This document shows, one piece after another, positions 48,801 through 60,700 of a stretch of DNA of 64,000 nucleotides (position 1 is its first letter; every line of letters starts with the position of its first letter). The position numbers and the translations under genes were made by a program. The DNA comes from Paraspadella gotoi (Eukaryota > Animalia > Chaetognatha), in NCBI GenBank assembly GCA_051294375.1, contig JBJCIZ010000810.1, positions 80,472 through 144,471 on the forward strand, in the 5' to 3' direction. The notes beneath the pieces are model-generated. The model did no database searches, was not told the DNA's origin, and saw only the letters and a list, made by a program, of their open reading frames with translations.

Positions 48801-51800
48801 AAATTATTTCCCTGCGACGTTAGAAGCAGCTGAACTATTCTAATCGTCTAGCGCCTTGTCACTACACGTTGTCACGACTTCGCCACGCTGTGGTGCTACT
48901 CCGTGTCATGCAACAGGTCAGGGATTAGAAACGGATTAATAATATAAACATTTAAAATTTGTTTCATTTTTCAATGTAATTATTTTAATTGGCAAGATAA
49001 TTAAAAAAGGCCAGATAAAGAAAGAAAAGTTGGCAGAATTAAAATGATGCTCATTTACATTCAAGTTTGAAGGCATAATTGGTTGATAATATCTAATCAA
49101 ATCAAAACAAACAAATAATAAGGATTCAAATGTTAACCAGATGTGACAAAGTTATTTTGAAAAAACGAATAGTATAAGTTTATCAATTACACAAATATTT
49201 ATTAAAAAAAAAATATTAATATGCTATTTCCAAGAAATATCGTCTCCTTCCTTCTCCAGTTAGTAAATTACGCACAATGTAATAAAACTATTAATTAATT
49301 TTATTAGCCTGTGCGTAATTTACAACTAATCCTCGCCTCCCACCCTCTGTCCTGACCCCATTCAAACTTACCCCCTCCTCTCTTCTTCTCTCCTTTTCTC
49401 AATCTTGTCCTCACCCAAAATCGACCCGCTTTATACTCTCATCGAGGTTAAACGTCTCTCTTTCACCCCCCCCCCATCCCAAAGTGAGGTTCGAGGGGAC
49501 GGATTTCCTAGCTTATCGTCGTTGTCGTGTCGTCGTCTGTCGTTGTGTCGTTGGTATCGTCGTTGCTGTGTTTTAAATACTTTTATACATTTGTTTTTTC
49601 AATATCAATTAATGTTTTTATCGTTTTGTTTATCCGCTTACCAATATAATATTTGTTAAACAAAATATATATATATTTTTTATATTTTTTTATAATTGGA
49701 GATACTGTTTTAGTTTTAGTCAGATATTTTCGACATATATTTTCTATGTCATCATCGTTGGTAGAAAAATAACCTGATGATGACAGGAAATATATGTCAA
49801 AATTTCTGAAATAATCTCTTATTTTTTCTTCTAGCACATTACTCATCTCCCATTATAAAAATTGTAAACTTCGTGTGCTGGTGATGACGTTTGAAAAAAA
49901 ATATACTAATAAATATTCCATATTATTCTGTTGAAACGTAGTAGCTCTGGCGTATTCCGCTCGAGCGCAACGATGGGACCTTCCTCGTCACTTGGCCATC
50001 TAATTATCTTCGATCAGATTCATCTTCTTCGTCGTAATCGTTCGTCATCGTCATCGACATCTCGTCATATTATTCGTTCGGCCTTTCCTGTCACGCCCCC
50101 TCCCCCACCGAGAAATGACCGTAATGAGAAGAATAATTTTTTTAACCGTCACTTATTGGTCCACGCTTCCCGCCATCACCCGTTCCAAAGGTCACCTCAA
50201 GGAGCGACATCTCCATCTCTCTCCCGCCAAAACGTTTGTGTCCAAATCGGTGACGAGAAAGTCATTCACCGAAGCCTAAATCCATTATGGATCTTCGAAG
50301 AGGGATGAGAAAAGAAAGAGGGGGAAAAAGAGAGAGAGAGAGAAAATGAGAAGGAAATGAGGGGAAAAAGAAAGAAAGAATGAGAGGAAAAGAAAGAAAA
50401 GAATGAGGGGAAAAAGAAAGAAAGAATGAGGGGAAAAAAGAAAGAAAGAATGAGGAGAAGAAGAAAGAAAGAATGGGGGAAGAAGAAAGAAAAAATGAGG
50501 GGAAAAAGAAAGAAAGAAAGAAGGTGTTAAGGAGTTTATAATGATTTTTATCTGAATTGAGCCTGACTCTTTTATTTTTAATGGCTCAAATATCTGATTT
50601 AAGTTTTAATTGAATGACTCCAATAGTTCTGTTTTAAAGCCTCTAATTGGTTGAATTTTATACATAGAATTTGAATATCTGGTCTCTCATTGGTTATTAA
50701 TGGTGGCTGTGGTATTCCTCCCACTCGGGATTCCTCCCAACTGGATTCCTCCACACAGGATTCCTCCCACGCGGGATTCCTCCCCATGGATTCCTCCCAC
50801 ACGGGATTCCTCCCACACGGGATTCCTCCCCGCGGGATTCCTTCCACACGGAATTCTCCCACAGGAATTCCTTGACAACGGATTCCTCCCATGGAATTCT
50901 CCCCAAAGAATTCCTCCACGCGGGATTCTCCACACGGGATTCCTCCACGCAGGATTCCTCCACACGGGATTCCTCCCACACGGGATTCCTCCCAGCGGGA
51001 TTCCTCCCACGCGGGATTCCTCCCACACGGGATTCCTCCCACACGGGATTCCTCCCACGCGGGATTCCGTGTGGAATCCTGTTGGGAGGAATCCCAATGT
51101 ACCGTTATTAAAACAGTAGATGTTATGATTTTATTCTCAAATGTGAACTCTCCTCTCATTGGTTGTTATAAATGTTGTCTTTGTAATAAAGGAGAGTAAA
51201 TTCTTAATTTTTGGGAGATTCCTCTGAGACCAATCAGGTATTAAATGATATTTGTGAAATTACTGAAATATGTTAATTAATTTTAAGCTTTTATGTAGCT
51301 TTGAGCTGTTGCTACGTCTCGGCTCTGTTGCTGCATCTCGGTTCTATTGCTATTGTTGCTGCGTATCGGCTCTATTGCTGTTGCTGCATTTTGGTTCTCT
51401 GTCATTCTGATGCACGTCTCTCATGATTATTGGATATTGAATACTTAATAAAGTTATTATTCTATATTTTATCTTTGATATATGGATTGAGTTAATATTA
51501 AGTCGAGATTAAGCACTGCTCAAACAATGTTCTCATCTGAACTGAGAACCTCCCCATCAGGAATCTTCCACAGAGGGAAAAAGAAGGAAGAAATGAGGGG
51601 GAAAAGAAAGAAAGATGAGGGGGAAAAAGAAAGAAAGAATGAGTGGGGAAAAAGAAAGAAAGAATGAGGGGGGAAAAAAAAAAATAATAAGGGAAAAAGA
51701 AAAAAAGAATAAGGGCTCTTCCTCCCTGGTCTGAGGAAATAACAATTCCTAGATGGACAAAATCTCCTGAGATTGTTGTTCCGACCTCGACCCAGTTGCA

Positions 51801-53373
51801 CATATTTGCAGATGCTTTCCAACATTCCTAGGGAAGCATAGCTTATCTTCGTTCAGCTAATGATGAAGGTAAAATTCATGTTGCAATCTTGTTTGCTAAA
51901 TCAAGAGTAGCCCCTGTTGAAAAACAAATATTGGGATAAAGAAACCATACCAAGGGTGGAACTTACAGCTGCTGTAGTCGCTACGAGATCTATAGATTCT
52001 TAAATCAAGAAATGCGGGAAAAGATCGACAGTGTGCACTTCTGGGTAGATGCCATGAGTGTATTGAAGCAAATTTGAAACAGGAAAACTCGATTTAAGGC
52101 ATATTTTTCTAACCGTCTTTCAAAAATTCATGAGATCACACAAGCAATGGAACTACGTACCTACTGATGTGAATCCGGCTGATCTCTCTTCCAGAGGGAT
52201 CGAGGCTGAGACAAAGATTCATGGAAATTCTTCCACCAAGGCCCTTCCATTTTGTGGTTTGACCATCAAACTGGCCATCTGGTGATGGCAAAGAATGTGA
52301 CCATGACATTCCTGCTCTTGAGGTTAATGCCATTCAATATGATTATTTTGCAAAAAACGAGTTTCGAGAAAAGATTTCAAAAAATTGTTCAAGTTGGTCC
52401 AAACTGATATTTCGAATTTTAGTTTGTAAACGTCTCACGAAATATATTATGTCTAAAAGAGATAAGAAAATAGCAAAATTTTCTGGATCTGAATATGTCA
52501 GTGCTGAAAAAAATTGGTAAAAATGATCCCATCAGAACACTTTCATTGATTTTTTGACAAATAAAGCTTTTCGTGATCCTTTCAGGCATGCAAAATTGCG
52601 CGGTAAAGCTTCAAAAAATCCGTGATCTTGATCCATTTGTTGACCAAGAAGGTGTCCTACGAGTAGGAGGTAGGCTCCATAGAGCAAATGAAAGTTATGC
52701 TGCTCGCCACCCTATCATATTGCCAAAAAACTCGCGTCTTGTTGACTGTCTAATTTCTATGACACATAAAATTATTGGTCATGAAGGTGCTGAGCAGGTG
52801 CGTGTAGAATTGCGTCAAAAATATTGGATTTAAACGGCGATCTGCAGTTCAAAAAGTTGTCCGCGTTGTGTTCCATGTAAAAAGATGAATGATAAACAAA
52901 TGGAACAAAAAATGGCGCCAATTCCATCTGTAGGGTGGAACCGGGATACCCATTTAGTCAGCTGTGGTCCGTTTTCAGTTGTACAAAATTCGAAAAAAGT
53001 TACCAAGAAAAAGTGGGTGTATTGTTCACTTGTCTTAGAATGCGAGCTGTGCATCTTAAAGTCGTACGAGAAGCCTCTACTCCAAGTTTCCTAAATGGCT
53101 TCTGAGATTTCAGGCACGACATCCTGGTGTCAAATTGATCTATCGTGACAATGGCACAAATTTTATTGGAGCCAGTTAACAGTTAACTTAAAAACAATTC
53201 AACCAAAACCTTCCACCACAAATGCAACGACATGGGATTGAGTGGAGATTTAATCCACCCACATCTCCACACTGGGGAGGTGTGTGGGAAAGACTCATCA
53301 GGAGTATAAAAAAGATTCTCCATGCAATTCTCGACAAGAAAAGTTATGACAAATGAAGTATTTGACACTGCCA
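45827..53373 (+). repeat. Tandem duplicate of about 38200-45769
   Basis: Collinear throughout, separated by a 25-N gap; mostly indel differences. Confidence 0.9.
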
Positions 53374-53864
53374 TTGCTCAGGTTGAAAATGTCATGAACA
53401 AAGACTAGAGCTTCAGACGACCCTCGCGATGCAGTGGCATTGTCACCCATTCATATTCTCAATCCTGGTGTCTCCCGGCACTGTATGTTGACACGGTGCC
53501 TGTCGTTTCTGATACAAAGGACATTTCTACAGCATGGTTCCAATCCCAAGCTCTCGTCAACAGCTTTTGGAAGAGGTGGAAACAAGAATATTTGACCACC
53601 CTTCAACAACGCCACAAATGGACTCAAACTCGTCAAAACTTGCGCATCGGTGACCTTGTCCTTATGCATGATGATAAAGCGCCGAGAAATCATTGGCTAA
53701 TAGCATTAGTTGTTGGGATAATTGGTGATGGTGATGTTGTTCGTCGCGTAACAGTTTGTACAGCCTCCGGGAAAGTCTTTGTCCATGCACGTTTAGTACT
53801 ATTGGAATTAGAAGGTAATGAACCCGAGATTGTGGAAAATACTGTTGATGAAATAATTATTTAA
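51713..53864 (+). pseudogene. BEL/Pao pol fragment through the integrase C-terminus
   Basis: Same motifs as 44093-45769, plus FWKRWKQEYLTTLQQRHKW..GDLVL..RLVLLE; PPT AGGGCGAGGAA at 53950-53960. Confidence 0.9.
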
Positions 53865-53960
53865 TGTCTACATTTTAACATGTTTTAAAGTTTGTTCATT
53901 TATGATTAATGTATAGTTTTTAACTGTTATTGATGTTGCCTATTGCAACAGGGCGAGGAA

Positions 53961-54213
53961 TGTTGGAATACTTTTTGACATTATGATTAAATTTAGTGGT
54001 CTCTTGTTTTCTCTATAACAATAGCCACGCCGTAATACTATATGACTAACTAATTTTATATGCTGCCATCTTGAAATAAGTTTTGTAAATATTTTGTAAG
54101 AAACATAAGTCACATCTCTATATAAAAGGTAGCTTCACTTGTTTGAGTCACTGAGGTTTGATAACTTCTGGCTAAAAGGATGTAAGTATTTGTCTTTTAA
54201 AAAATGATTATTT
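53961..54213 (+). repeat. Start of the BEL/Pao 3' LTR, interrupted by the TRIM; far end not defined
   Basis: TGTTGG directly after the PPT; TATAAAAGG near 54121. Confidence 0.6.
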
Positions 54214-54873
54214 TGAAGAGACAGTGATTATTTATATGTGTTAATGACAGAACCGTTCAATATAAACAGTCCCTGAGCTTCGGATCAGGCTGTAACACCG
54301 TGTTACAGGCGAGTTAAGCGCCCCGTCCCTCTTAACTGCTAGGCGGCCACCGGGCTAGAACCCCGGACCTTTGGGTTGGGAGGCGAATGACTTGCCTCCG
54401 ACACCAATGGCTGCTGATGAACGGTTGGTGGATTTTAGTCTACCATACATCCACCCCTCCCGTAGGGAGAAGTCTGTTGCGTCTCTTCAGTGAATTTTTG
54501 TTGGTGGAAAGTTTGTCACCAAGTTGAGGCATGTCGCCTGATGTGTTGTAGGTGGAAAGTGCATCTCCAGGTTGAGGCATGTTGCCTGAAAGTGTTGTTG
54601 TTGCTGTTGTGTTCGGAAGTCGGGCTCACCAATGAAGAGACAGTGATTATTTAATATTTATATGTGTTAATGACAGAACAGTTCAATATAAGCAGTCCCT
54701 GAGCTTTTGATCAGGCTGTAACACCGTGTTACAGGCGGGTTAAGCGCCCCGTCCCTCTTAACTGCTAGGCGGCCACCGGGCTAGAAACCCGGACCATTGG
54801 GTTGGGAGGCGAATGACTTGCCTCCGGCTCCAATGGCCGCTGATGAACGGTTGGTGGATTTTAGTCCACCATA
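54214..54873 (-). mobile_element. TRIM (miniature LTR retrotransposon) with a tRNA-like module in each LTR
   Basis: Direct repeats 54633-54873 and 54214-54447; PBS TGGTGAGCCCGAC (54631-54619); PPT GGGAGGGGTGGA (54461-54450); 4-bp TSD ATTT; 185-bp internal part with no retroelement ORF. Confidence 0.88.
54769..54840 (-). other. 72-nt tRNA-derived module (A/B-box-like) inside the TRIM LTR; not a functional tRNA
   Basis: Acceptor stem GCGGCCA/TGGCCGC; T-arm CCGGG-7 nt-CCCGG; B-box-like GGTTCTAGCCC in the other two LTR copies; anticodon arm does not pair. Confidence 0.7.
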
Positions 54874-56552
54874 ATTTTTTCTTTAAAAAATAAGTTTATA
54901 ATAATTTTTTATTTTAGTTTTTAGTGCTTATACTCCTTGCTAATAATGGAAACTACAATTCCATCTGCTTTAAATTCGTTATTGTCTTCTACTGTCTACA
55001 TAATTATGAACTTATGTAATAAAACGATTTAAACTTTAAAGTGGAGTTAACTAAATTCCTTGAAATGCCAATTAAAAAAACTCGAATTAAACAACCTCAG
55101 TTAAAGAGTAATAACGTTTAATATCTTGTCATTTAACCCTCAAAACGTCTGAACAAGATTTTACGCCTCGCCACTGTCTCTCTTACCTTTTCCGAGGCCA
55201 CTTTTCAAATGGGCCAATATTTTTCGCGGTCATTTAGCAAAAAACTCGTTTTCCGAGTGAGAAATCGTTTTTTACTTTATTTTCGTTTGAAATCTCACTC
55301 ATTTCGTTTCGCCCGGAGGAATCTCCGTTTTTACGAGTTTTCTGATGTATTTTGATAATGAAATAAAGTCTAAATATTAAATACGACCTTTTCTTCTAAA
55401 TTCTTCGGCACTACTCAAGTTAAAACATTTTGACGGGCGTTACGACGACGTTTCGACTCCACGGGCGTAGAAAATACAAAAACATTTTCTACAACGTCCG
55501 TTACTCGATCAAGGGGAAAAGAAAGAAAGAATGAGGGGAAAAAGAAATAAAGAATGAGGAGAACAAGAAAGAAAGAATGAGGGGGAAAAAGAAAGAATAA
55601 GGGGAAAAAGAAAGAAAGAATGAGGTGAAAAAGAAATAAAGAATGAGGAGAACAAGAAAGAAAGAATGAGGGGGAAAAAAGAAAGAATAAGGGGGAAAAA
55701 GAAAGAACATGGGGAAAAAGAAAGAAAGAATGAGGGGAACAAGAAAGAAAGAATGAGGGGAAAAAGAAAAAATAGGGGGGAAAAAGAAAGAATAACATAA
55801 AATTAAATGGATGACGAGAAGAACGATTTCCAATAATCGTTCGCGGATTCGCACCAGCGTTCATCGTTCCAGTTGTTGTTGTTGTAGTTTAATCGTCGTT
55901 GTTGTTGTTGTTTTTAATTTCGTTAATAAAAAAATATTGGCGCTAAATGCGGATGACAATAGAATTTTCTGCCTATTTTATACATCTAAATTTCTTACGT
56001 GCATCTTGGTTGTGGCAGATCAATTGCATCACAATACTACATAGTATGCTATTATTAACATTGTAACTATGAATGTATTAGTGTAATAGTATTTGCTTGA
56101 GGCGATTAGAACGTTTGTTAAATAATTTTGGAATATCGAAAACCTGCTAAACGACTTTTGAAAACGGCATGTATAGATAACTGTGGATTGAGAGAAGATC
56201 GGACCAATCGCTGGGTAATACTGCTGTTTCGATCTCATCGAGTTGGAAAACCTCTGTGCGGTGATGACTGTGGATTCCTGGCCGATTCTCTCTTCCTCGC
56301 CCTCGAAGTCGAAATGACCCGCATCCGGGACCCGCATCCGGGACCCGAGGAAAAAAATAGGAGGGAAGGGGAAATCCTAAGATCCGCCCCGGGTAACGAC
56401 TGCAGGAACGACAACGACAACGAGGACCGAAGACATCAAAGTATTTTAACACTTCATATATTCAGATGATGAAATGTTTAAAAATAAATAAATAAACTTT
56501 TAAAACATTTTTATCTTAAATGTGAAGAACGCAAAGTCGAGAAAGATAATTA

Positions 56553-56647
56553 AAAAATCTTAAAAGAATAGGATCGAGCCTACCTTCAATGATAACCAAA
56601 TATTGATGCGATGATAACCAAAGGATTGATGCGATGATAACCAAATG
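56553..56647 (-). mobile_element. 3' end of a family A element, truncated by the BEL/Pao insertion
   Basis: AAAAAATCTTAAAAGAATAGGATCGAGCC followed by 21-bp repeats. Confidence 0.7.
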
Positions 56648-57126
56648 TGTTTGTGCCTCTGTAGTTTCGATCACGTTAGCTGACTTCAGTTCTTATTTAA
56701 ATAACGTTCAGTTTTTGGAACAGGTTGGCGAGTTTATTTGTCAACAAACAATTTGGCGACGAGGAACGGAGATAAAATGTTTGTTTCATAAAAACGAGGT
56801 GTGAAATTAATTCTTTAATTTCGAGATTAAAATATAAAAACGTAAATATAAAATCAATTAAAAATAAACCCCAACGGCGAAGGTTAAAAACGTTGAACGT
56901 TCTAGAGGCAACGACTTTCTCTCTCTAAAACATTGCTAAAGTTAAAAATAAGACGGATACCAATTGTCCCCTTTTTCCCTTTTTCTTCGCGACTGAATCA
57001 GTTGTAAAACTTTTCCCTATTATTTGGGCCGTCTCGATCGCGATGTCGTCCGCCGGTGACTCCGCGGACGTTGAACTTTTATTCCGCGCGGGAACGCTCG
57101 CGTCGGCCGCCACGACCGTCAAAACA
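56648..57126 (-). repeat. Putative 3' LTR of the minus-strand BEL/Pao element (about 480 bp)
   Basis: Minus strand: PPT GGAGGGGG then TGTTT...AAACA, ending where the family A repeat begins; no second LTR available for confirmation. Confidence 0.5.
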
Positions 57127-57725
57127 CCCCCTCCATTCGAGCCTTTTCGAATTCGGGGCGCCGCCGGAGTTCCGCGGGTCCACTTGACCTACGCCGCTGA
57201 TCACCTCGGGAATCGGATGAGAGAGCTGCTCAAACAAAAAAAAAGTTTCCAAATTTCAAATATTTCAAATAAACTTATACTGAGCTGAAAGAAAAGGGTT
57301 ACTATTTCAAAAATTCAAATCTGTTCTTAAAGAAAAAGGGATTAGTATCAGAATTAAATTCAAATAAAAGTTAAACTTAATTTAAATTAAATTTAGTTAA
57401 CCTAGTTCTTAGATTCAAATAAAAAGAAGGGGTTAGTCAATTCAAACTAAAAGCAATTTCTAGCATGCTACAGACAAGTTCTGACTCAGAAACTTACAAG
57501 TCAATAGTTCTATGCAATAACAATTATAGACTACGTCGCCCATTAAAACATAATAAAAACAAGGATCCAGTATTCAAAATTCGAGTCCATTTCAAAGCCA
57601 GGTAAATTTACCGAATCTTGACCGGAACCTAAATTAAATTAATCAGGTCAGCAACACGAGCAGCATAGCAAATAAACAGTTCCAATAAATGACAAACTCG
57701 GTTTTCGTCTTGACCTTAATATCAA

Positions 57726-60700
57726 TTAATCAATATCCGACCTGATATGACAGCTCCTTAGCTGCCTGGGCTGATCTAACCAAGCACGATCAAGGGGGGG
57801 CGGAGGTTGCTTGCGAGGTCGCCCGCGCTTCCGTGGTTGAGGTGCTTCTGCCGCTTGGGTTGAAGGCACTTCCCCCTCCATCTGCTGACCGCCCGGAGGA
57901 GCTTGCGACGCATCTTCGTCTATCGCTGGTTCAGTTGCAGCATCATCGTCGCTGGCTTCAGTGACCTGAGCTGTTTCATCAGCTGCTGCATCGTCTCCAT
58001 CTGCCTCTAAAAGCACCAAACCCGTCCGGTCTCGGTGAAGGCGCTTTCCAGAGGCTGTCCGAAGGACTACCTTCCGGACCAAACCATCTGTAGGAAGAGT
58101 CTCGGTGATGATTGCCATGTTCCAACAATCCCTTGGTACTGTATCATTAACAACAAGGACCAAATCTCCTACTTTAAGACTTCGTCTCGAAGCCAACCAT
58201 TTCTGTCTTCGCTGCAAATCTCGGAGGTACTCTATTCTCCATCTCTTCCAGAAGGAATCCACGAGGCTCTGCGACTGCTTCCAAACTCGCCTGAGGGCAT
58301 CTCCAGCCTCACCTGGCGGCACAATCTCCGAGGAAGAGAGAGCAGGAACTCCAGGATAAAGTAAATCATTAGGGGTAAGGGCCAAAGGGTCACCAGGGTC
58401 TCCAGACGTCCTAGTGATAGGGCGCCGGTTGAGAATACCCCCGACCACAGCCACTAAGGTAGTAAAAACCTCAGGCCTAAGGTCGTGGAATCCTCTCCGA
58501 TTAAGGGCAAACCACATCGCCTCCTTACATGATCTAACAAGCCTTTCCCACGCTCCACCTTGGTGCGGCGCCTGTGGTGCATTGAAGCGCCACGAAAACC
58601 GCTGATCAAGCGCAGCTTCAGCCAGACATGCCTGGCGTCTCTCTAACTTTCCGTCAACTCACGATTCGCACCCTTGAAGTTGGTGCCGCAATCTGAGAAG
58701 ATGTGACGAACTCCTGGCCGCAGCGCATTAAAGCGCAGCAAAGCCAAGATAAAGCTGTCCGTTGACAACGTCTCTACAACCTCCAAGTGTACGGCGCGAG
58801 TGCGGAGACAGGTAAAGAGCGCTACCCATTCTTTTTCCGCTACCTCTGCGGCCCAATCTGATGGTAAAGGGGCCAAAGATATCAACTCCAGTGGAGAGGA
58901 AAGGGTGACCCGGTGTTACACTATCGGCAAGAAGCGGAGCCATCTTTTGCTCAAGGGGCCGTGCCAGCCGTTTACGACATTGGAAGCAATGCCAACGGAC
59001 TGATCTCATGGCTGTGCGCGCCCCAATAATCCAATACTTCCGCCGAAGGTGAGCCAAAGTCGCCTCCACACCTCCATGGGCCAACTCTTCATGATTCTTC
59101 TGCATCAAATCTTTGACAAGATGATGTGAGGCCGGTAAAATCCACGGGTGTTTCGTCTGGAAGTCCTCCTCTGCCCTGTCAAGCCTGCCGCCAACCCTAA
59201 GGGTGCCGGCATGATCAACAAAGGGGTCTAGCTTCCTCAACGGAGAACACCCTGACCGCATCTCTCGTCTCATATTAGCCTCCGAAATCGACAACTTCTT
59301 CACTTCCGCAGAGAATGACTTCTGCTGCAACAATCGGACCAAAGCTGCTTCAGCTCTCTCAACAGGATTGTCAAGGGAAGCTGGGACACGCTTGAAGGTA
59401 TAATCCAAAAATTGCTGTAAGATGGAAACACGCCGAATCGCCTTTTTCCATGTCGAAACATTGCAGAAAAGACGATCAGCAAAGTCATTCTTAACGGCAC
59501 TAGTGACATTAGATATCACTTCAGGTTCAATTGCCATCAGTTTCTTATCATCTTTCTGCTCCACAGGCCAGCTCTCTGGTGACTCTTGGAGAAACTGGGG
59601 ACCTGATGGAATTCATCCCACTTCTCCTTCTCATCGGCCTTCAAGCCCCTCGAGCACATATCAGCGGGATTGACGTCCGTAGGGACATATCGCCACTGAT
59701 CAGGTGTTGTCTTTTGCAAGATTTTAGCAACACGATTCGCCACAAAGGCCTTAAAACGGGTCTCCGTGTTGCGGATCTGCTTGAGGACGCATTGAGAATC
59801 CGACCACAGTGTCACTGAGTCCATTCCCCCATCGAGTTCTTGTGTCAATTGGCTGTAGAGGTCGACTGCCACTACCGCAGCAGTTAGTTCAAGGCGTGGA
59901 AGTGTCTCCTCTACTGCCTTATTTCTTTGGTTAATGGGAGCTACCCTCGACCGCGACTCCAAGAAAGCCACATGGACATTTCCTTGGGTATCAGCAGATC
60001 GGACATAGCCCACTGCACCATATGCTTCAGTGGAGGCATCACCAAACAGGTGGAGCTGCCTGTCGACAACTTCTCCAAACCCAATGGGGAGGATATGTCT
60101 CCTGATTCGCACTGACTCAATGCTACTCAGGGACTCTCTCCACTCTACAAATTTTTGAAGTTCATCTTCAGGGACAGGATCATCCCAGTCACATCCTTTC
60201 TCGCACAAACGCTGAAGAATGCGTCTGGCAAAGAGGGGAAGGGGAGAGACAATCCCAGCCTCCTCGAACACAAGTCCGATTACTGCCAGAATCCAGCAGA
60301 GCATAAACTTCTGTCACCTTCTCTGGACCCTTTGCGCGAATCGCAACAATGGGACGATATGCTGGGGATGATGCTACCTGTGCTGTAGCACTGGTAACTC
60401 CAGGCTGAGGAGCAACATCCCGATGCAGAAGAGTATGGTGTTGGTCCGAATTGCAGGTACTACACACGGTCTTGGCCTGACAATCTGGTCGCATATGCCC
60501 GCGCCGTAAGCATCTATAGCAGCTTCCGGTGCTCTTCATCTGAAAAACTCGTTCAGGCAATGATTAGATTTGAACAATGAGCATTCAATAACAGCATGAT
60601 CTGAATTACATGCCTGACAGGATGATCTTTTTGCTGCAGCAGTGGAGTCTGGGATTCCAGATCCAGACTTGGATTTCTTGGCTTCCTTCTCCACCAGCTG

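Noticed and set aside
54405-54445. Hammerhead core CTGATGA, or twister motif, in the TRIM LTR
   Set aside because: No GAAA after the following stem; the twister-like GTTACAAGC is present in only one noisy copy
54769-54840. Functional tRNA gene
   Set aside because: D and anticodon arms do not pair properly, T loop deviates, and it lies within a repeated LTR
55132-55445. piggyBac-like MITE (TTAACCCT start)
   Set aside because: Right end gives only a weak inverted match and no TTAA duplication
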